DNA from: Reclinomonas americana ATCC 50394
Taxonomy: Eukaryota
Assembly (NCBI GenBank): GCA_048213135.1
Contig: PS015361.1
Location: forward strand, 1-43,946
Direction of reading: 5' to 3'
Length of the DNA: 43,946 nt
Part shown: positions 36,950-43,946 of the stretch, piece after piece
Numbering within the stretch: the first letter of the stretch is position 1
Layout of the letters: every line of letters begins with the position of its first letter
Made by a program: the position numbers and the translations under genes
Notes under the pieces: generated by a model
Database searches by the model: none
What the model saw: the letters and a program-made list of their open reading frames with translations, nothing else
Told to the model about the DNA's origin: nothing

Positions 36950-39619
36950 GTACGCAGGCGCGCCGAAAGATAGTGTGTGTATGTGTGTGAATAGGATGTT
37001 TCGAGGAAGAGAGAGAGAGATGTGTATACACTTGCACAGACACTACAGACACGACAAATGTCGCATGCGCGCACATTATGAGTTCATGTGTGTGTTTCTT
37101 TATGTCTATTTTACTGTGAAAAGATTGTGATGTTGTGAGAGTAAGGCGTGTGAGATAGGAGGGAGTAGGAAGAAAGAACATCTCCTCAGCGACAATGTAC
37201 TCAGAGCGAGGATGTTTTATCGGTGTCCCAATACCGAGAGAATCGTACAACAATGTGTCAGTCAAGCCGTGCGTTTCGTACTCGGTGCTGCGTGTGCATG
37301 CGTCTGCTCATGTCGCGCGTCGTCGTGCGTTGGTCAACGGTCGATGAGCTGACGACAGACTCCAGATCGTCCCGTAAAAGAAGACAAGTGGCGGAAAAAT
37401 GAACATCGGAAGAAGAACTCAGTTGTCGAGGCATCACAGTGCTCATTTGTGTGGTACGCACTGACGGGAAGCAACACACACGTTTCACCGATGCACCTGT
37501 GATGCGAGTGGGGGGCATGTCCTCTGGTGTGCTGCTGTTGTATGCGTCGCTGCACTTTCGACAATGAGACAAACAGGCCTGCAGCTGCAGGCGCGGCATC
37601 CAATAATTGCAATTCGTGCACGTTTGTGAAACAGGCGATGCTGGTGAGGTCACGGGACGCAATCACGCACAGTCTATCGCTGACACTGATGTGCGGTACG
37701 TGACGGTGGCTCTGGACACCAGTCAGCATTTATGGATTTCGCAGCTGGGACATCGATCGCGACACACGGAAGAGACCCCGGCCCTCTCGCAAAGACGTGG
37801 CTTCAGTAATCCACGGAGCATGGAGAGTATAGTGGTGAGCGCGGACGACCATGACTTCATGCCTGTGTGTTGCCACATAGCTGCTCACAGCCGGCGCCGA
37901 TATCGGTCAGTGAATTCGAAACTGCAAAAGACTCGCATGAAACCACGCACGGAGGTGTGAGAGAAAGCGACAGCTATAGGATGCAAGAGCATCAAAGGAA
38001 GGCTGCTGACGGTGGCGGTGGGACGGATATTCGTCGTCGCGACGCGTGCTCGTGTCTCACGGTCAAAAACTGGCCACGATAAAATTCGTGGCCGATCGCG
38101 AGGTGCTGCGTTGTGATGAGAGCATTTCGTTTCGTCAGTGGCCGCGCACTCGTGCCACAGTGCAGTGTCATTTTGTGGGTGAACACATGAGTAATCTCCG
38201 CCAAGGGAGGACCGCTACATCGAGCTACACGCGCGTGTGCACGGCACGCGAGACGAGGACGATGCTGGTGCGGCCGCCCACAAATATATCAGTGGCACCA
38301 CACCTCGCGGGATGTCCGAATACGACTTGTAGAGTGCGATATCACTCGCGGCTCACTGCGGTTTGCAAGGTGGCTCCGCGGAGGGACAGCGTGGACTGAT
38401 GGGTTTTGTACAAATATGCGAAGCAGGCTGTGTATGAGGCGCCGGCCGTTGACGCACGGAGAAAGAATCTCATGCAAAGCTGCCGGTGAGAGGACACAAG
38501 TGATCGCGGACAGTGCACGCTGCTCTCCGACGTGCAGAGGCATGCATGTTCTCGCGGACGGTGTTCTCTACAAGGTGCAAGCCTCCGAGTATTGTCTGTT
38601 GAACGCAGCGCACCTTTGCAACTGTGAGAGCACATTGACCTAATCCGGGCCGGATGCGATGACATGTTTTCGTGACCGCACAAAAAGAGCGCTATTTTTC
38701 CTTTCTTTCATTGCGCCGAGAGCAGACCACCAGTCGATTCTTTGCACGCACACCTGCACGCACTCAATTTCCTGCTCAATCCAAGCATCATGCCACTGCG
38801 TCGAAGGTGTGTGGTGGTGGGAGCAACAGGGGGGGGGGGGAGAGAATTTTTTCCTAGTGAAAAAATGCGGGTGGCGCCGACTTCTCCTTTGATGCACCCT
38901 GTCGTGGGGGCCTGTGTGAGTGCGTGTCTCTGCGTGTGTGACGTGTGTGTCGTTTCTCCGCGAGCTATAGAATGCAGCGTGCCCTGCGCTGCAGCCGCGT
39001 TGCGCAGAGATATATCGACGTATACGATGGCGTACTTTCGCTGCTTTGCGGCTGTTTCTTTCTCCGCGAATGGGTGTGGCGAGTGTGTCTGTTCCCGAAA
39101 CTCGCACACTATCATGTATGCACATAGTTGGCTCTGATTCATCCACGCGCGCGCGTGTGTGTGTGTGTGCGTATGATGTGTGCACGTAATGTGTCCGGAT
39201 TTTTCCTCATTTTTATAATTATTGCGACCACCCACCACTTGCCCTGTTTTCTCGTAGATCTCCTCATATTTCTCTCGCACGCATCTATATCGCCAAATCG
39301 CATCTCTGATTATGTGCGCATGTCCCGACGCAGCGAGACCGCTCTCATGCCTGCCGACGAGGATCTTCTGCTGACAGAGTTGCCTCGCCGGTGAGTGTGC
39401 GCGATGTTCACGAAAGAAAGAATGATCCTATTTCTTCTCCACTGTCTCTTGGCTCTTTAGTCCCCGTTATGGCTACACGTCTTTCAGCGGGACTTGATTA
39501 GAGTGTGCTTTTTGGCGCCACACACGACCGTATTTCGCTCAATTTCTTTTTCTTTGTCGACTGTCGGAGAGGAGACAACCTCCTCACCCGCCGCTCTTCA
39601 CCGTACCTGACCGTTGGCC

Positions 39620-40537
39620 ATGATTTCGACACACAGAGGCCGCCTGAAGTGGACGCAGGAGCTCACCGACATCTTCGAGCAAGGCATCGCCAACCTGGCC
39701 TATGCAAAAATCCGTGAGTTGTTGCCGTGGCGTCTTCGTCTGCGCATTCGAAAACACTGCTAACGACTTCTCCCTGCCCACAACAACAGCGCTGGCACCC
39801 AAGGCGCTCCGCCGCGCCATGATTGACATCGAGCCGGAGCTGGAGGTCGAAGGACTTTCACTGGCGCACGTAAAAAGGCGAGTGGTGCGTGTTCGCGCGC
39901 ATACATCACACACACACACACACTCCCGTAATATTATTGTGTGCGCATGTTCGTCTGCTCTTTTGCCAATCACTCTCTCGCTCCCACTTTTTCTGCGCTT
40001 CTTCGTATGCTGTCGTGCTGAGTTTCTCTTCGATCCTGCGATGAGTGAGCAAGAGAGTGTGACGCTCGTAAGAGAAACCCGTTACACGGGTGTTTCTGTG
40101 ATTCGTTGCGTGCTTTTTTGCATTCCCGTTTTTCACACTGCTGCAACAACATTAACGGACAACTCGTGTTGCAGTGCACCTACTATTGCTCTCTCTGCTA
40201 CTCTCAGTAACACACTCGTGTGCATGCTGTTCTCTGCTGTGCTGCTGTGGCGCCGTGCACTGTCGCCTCGACGCCCGCTGTCTTCTCCTTTTTTGTCTGA
40301 CTACTGTTCTTTCACTCGTCGTGCGTCTTTCGTGGACGTACACGAGAAGTGTGCATTGCTGGATGTGCACACGCTCTTTCACCATGTGCCTCCTCCTGTG
40401 GTCACTTTTCTCTAGCACGATTCTCGTCTGCACTCCGCACCTTTTCTACCTACACGCATCCAATATTATCACGAACACCATGTGCGAGAGTATGTGCAGC
40501 GAATTATTGTTGTAGTTGCCTCATCGCTACACTATGT

Positions 40538-40580
<43 letters not shown>

Positions 40581-42534
40581 TTTCGCAATCTATCAACCCG
40601 CTTATGGTCTCATTCTCCCGCTGCTGCTGCCAACGCACAAAACACGAAGACTCACGTTTGTGCGTGTGTGTGTGAACAGTCACTTGCAGAAGTGGCGCGT
40701 GGCCCGCCGCGCCGAGGAGGCGCAGTTGCGCCGCGCAGCCATGAGCGCGGCGCGCAAGGCCGGTGGCTCACTGCTGCACGACAACAGCAGCGCAGTGCAC
40801 GCATTGGCGGGTGCAACCGCCTGCCGATTCATCGGCGCCGTCACCACCACCACCGCCGGCAGTTCGGCTGCCGATAGCGACGACGAAGATGGCGTTGCCG
40901 GCTTTGCGCCTTTCGGAATTCCCGGCGGCATCGACGGCGCTGAGCCGTGCAAGTGGGACTGGAATCAGCACAAGCCGGCGGTGCTGCTGGCTCCCACCCG
41001 CCAGTCGGATACGGCGTGGGAGTTCCGTGTCGACACCGACATGTGCGCCTTTGACGCCGCCTCGTACTCGTTTGCGCCCACGGCACAGGTGGTTCCCGCC
41101 TCTGCCACTCTGCGCCTCACTATGCCGCCACGCCCGATGCAGTCGGTGGCGACCGCGGTCCCCTGGGCGGTGCCTGCCTCGGCTCCACCACAGTCGTCGA
41201 GTGCAGCACACATGCACACCTCCACTCTCCACCCGTCTCCGATCGGCCAGTCATCTTTCCATGCGATGCGCTCGGTGCCAGCGCACGCGTACAACAGCAG
41301 CAACAGCAGCGGCGCGGGCTGGATGTCGGACTCGTCGATGCAGAGTCGCGTCACTGCCAGCTCGCTGATTCACGTTAGCGACGTGGCACCGACCACTGAC
41401 GACGACGGCGACGACTCGGATCGCAGCCGTGTGCGTCGTTTTATCATCTCGTCGGCACTCGATCCGCTGCCGCTCTCGCCGTCACGCAGTCGTGCACCAC
41501 TCGCGTCGGCCACCTCTGCCTCCGCTGCAGCTCGCCTCACTGCCGCCATGGCGGACGAGTACGAAGCCGACGACGACGGCGACGGATCGGCACCATCGTG
41601 TCGCATCGCCTTCCCGTCGTCGACTGTGGGCGCCGCGCGACAGACACAACCAACTGTGCCTCCGCGCCGACCGCAACCACACCAGGCCCTCGGCGGATTC
41701 GTACAGCCGCTGTCGTCGCCCAGTCGCGCTGCATTTCGCCACATTCACGGTCGTCGCACCGAGTCAACCACCACCGGCGCAATGACTGCGCAGGATGGCG
41801 GCAATGCCGTCACCCCTTCTTCTTCGTCTTCCTCTGCTGCTGCTGCTGCGTCGCTCGCGCCGTTGCCGCCGCTGCCGACGCCAGTGATCTTCGGATCGGG
41901 GTCGTTTCCCGTTCATGGCCCCGCCGCCGCCGCGTATCCGCACTCCGGCCTCCCAGTCCAGTCGCAGCAGCAGCAGCAGCAGCAACTCCCACAACAAGAC
42001 CAACAGCAGCAGCAGCAGCCGGTAGCTCCGTCTGAGCTGCAGCTGGCCGAGTCGGTCGACATCCACCAACCACTGGATGGCGAGCGCCATCTGCCGTCGG
42101 CCTTTGATCCGACCGAGTCGTGGGGCTCGGAGATCGACGACGACGAGGAGACACTGACGACGCCATCAACCACTGGCCGTCACACCACCCTGGACTCACA
42201 TTTTCACCCGGTGGTGAGTTCTTCCATCGTCTGTCTGGCGCGGGTCTCCTCACACAATCACTCACCCTCCTCCTTCCTCCTCCCCGCACAGAGTCCGCCC
42301 CACGTAGACCACGTCGGAGGGCTGGCCATGGACTGGCCGCCGTGCACCTTTGCCGACGACTTCATGTGCGGCTCGTCGGTGATGACGGGAGGTGCGCCCT
42401 TGTCGTACTTTGGGCCAGCCCCGCAGCGCCTGAGCGTGCCACACGCACTGCACGACGCCAGCTGCTTCCTCAAGGCCAACGTTGCTCGCCACACGGGCTC
42501 CATGCTCCTCGACGATGCGATGCACGGTCACTGA
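39620..42534 (+). CDS. GARP/SHAQKYF-class Myb-like transcription factor (paralogue 2), 2 introns including a GC-AG intron
   Basis: MISTHRGRLKWTQELTDIFEQGIANLAYAKI|PLAPKALRRAMIDIEPELEVEGLSLAHVK|SHLQKWRV. The two intron positions and phases match paralogue 1; the long last exon is 40680-42534. Confidence 0.85.
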
Positions 42535-43437
42535 GGAGTGATCCGTCGCAGCCGCCCACATGCAGGAGGCACTACGCCCCACGTGCCTCTTGCCTATTGT
42601 TCCATACTTGCCTTTGCCTTGCCTTTGCCTCGTCTTTTGTTGCCAAACTCCTCTGTCCTAGTGTTCGTTCTACGTCGACGAGCCGCACCGCTAACTATGT
42701 GTGCATGCCTCTCTTATCCTTCCTTCCTTGCCCGCCCCTCGCCTCCCATTCGCTTCTCTGCTTTGCACATCGGTGCGTCTCTGTGTTCGACGTTGTTGCT
42801 TTTGTTGATACCCAGTGTTGGGAACTCGGGCGCGCCCCGTGTGACTCGCTTTGTTGCTGAGCCACATGCCCGCGCGCCTTTGTGTTCTCTCGCCCCCCTA
42901 GTGTTGTGACGACGGTGAATGAAAATCGTCGTCTCCTATCCCCCGCAAGATCATGTCCTGCTGCAAACTCCCAAGTCAGTCTGTCAGTCCTTCATTGTGG
43001 TCGTGTGCACACACGCCGCTCTTCCGTCCTTGGCCCCCCACGCACACACAGAAGGCGTGTGTAAGAGAGTGTGTGAGAGAGAAGGGAAGGACAGCACGCA
43101 GCACGTGTGTGGAATCAAGTCCGGAGGTGCTTACGACATCTGTATCAGTCGACTGCGCGCTCTCTTTCTCTCTTCTCCACAACTCGTCAGTGTGTGCACA
43201 CACACACGCACTGACGAACTGCGGGGATGGGGTGTGGCCCATCACGCGCATTAGAGGTGTGTGTGTGTGTGTGCGTGTGTGTGTATGCATTTGTGTGTGC
43301 GCGCGGGATGCGTTTACTGACNNNNNNNNNNNNNNNNNNNNNNNNNNNNNNNNNNNNNNNNNNNNNNNNNNNNNNNNNNNNNNNNNNNNNNNNNNNNNNN
43401 NNNNNNNNNNNNNNNNNNNNNNNNNNNNNNNNNNNNN

Positions 43438-43946
43438 GATGTAGAGGGTGCCGAAGAAATCGGACGTGTATTCTCCAGGAGACAGAGGAGGCCATGACAG
43501 AGGAGGAGGAGGAGGACAAGGACAAGGAGGAGGAGGAGGATGGGCGTCTGAGCAAGCCACAACTCCAGTGGAGAATCCGCACTTTTCCAAGTCGGCCTTG
43601 TTTGCCAAGGGCCAGTCGTTTGTCAAGCTGGAGGAACCGACGCTGGCGCCTCCGCCTGTCACTGCGCTGGCTGGCGGTGTGTGTCTCTTGCTCTCTATGT
43701 ATCTCTCTCTCTATGTCTGTGCGACTGATTGGCCGGAGATGCGACAGAGCTGACGCCGATGAAGACGGTGGTGGTGCTGCGTGCGCCGGGTCAAATGTCG
43801 CAGCACTCGACAGTCACTGCCTCGCCGATGCGTGCGGTGATTGATGCAGCGCCGCCGGTGAACACGGAGAGCAATCTGTCGGCGCAGCTGGCGCAGGCGC
43901 ATGCGACGGCCACGTGGGATGTGAACTACAGAAGGCAGCACATGTA
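43438..43946 (+). CDS. Partial gene of unknown function between a gap and the window end
   Basis: PKKSDVYSPGDRGGHDRGGGGG...ENPHFSKSALFAKGQSFVKLEEPTLAPPPVTALAG, then a GT-AG intron at about 43678-43747, continuing in frame ELTPMKTVVVLRAPG... open to the end. Confidence 0.45.

Noticed and set aside
1-43946. Alternative genetic code or stop-codon readthrough
   Set aside because: Stops interrupting the ORFs fall inside introns. TAA, TAG and TGA each end genes at expected positions.
1-43946. Prokaryotic systems (operons, CRISPR arrays, IS elements), rRNA/tRNA genes, transposase or RT ORFs
   Set aside because: No repeat-spacer arrays, RNA gene signatures or mobile-element motifs were seen. The sequence is spliceosomal-intron-rich eukaryotic DNA.

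Overview
Gene-dense, intron-rich, GC-rich nuclear scaffold from a eukaryote. It is probably a flagellated protist with mitochondria, because it carries axonemal WDR63/IC140 and OGDH with a putative presequence; the lineage cannot be named from this window. By-eye exon modelling gives about 15 genes in order: WDR63/DNAI3 (5' partial), a 77-aa glycine-zipper protein, OGDH E1, a bacterial-type metallophosphoesterase, DONSON, WDR18/IPI3, a large Kelch-BTB-coiled-coil protein, a small TM protein, a FAM177-like protein, a coiled-coil protein, an S10 serine carboxypeptidase, pescadillo, two paralogous GARP/SHAQKYF Myb factors, and a partial unknown gene. Two small gap-flanked contigs look scaffolded in the wrong orientation. 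The main finding is a second, very frequent class of 5' splice site. About 21 of roughly 100 modelled introns begin GTTGCG or GTTTCG, i.e. the usual GTGCGT donor displaced by one base with no G at +5, and all 21 follow a non-G last exon base. CDS coordinates span introns, and all models lack RNA evidence.
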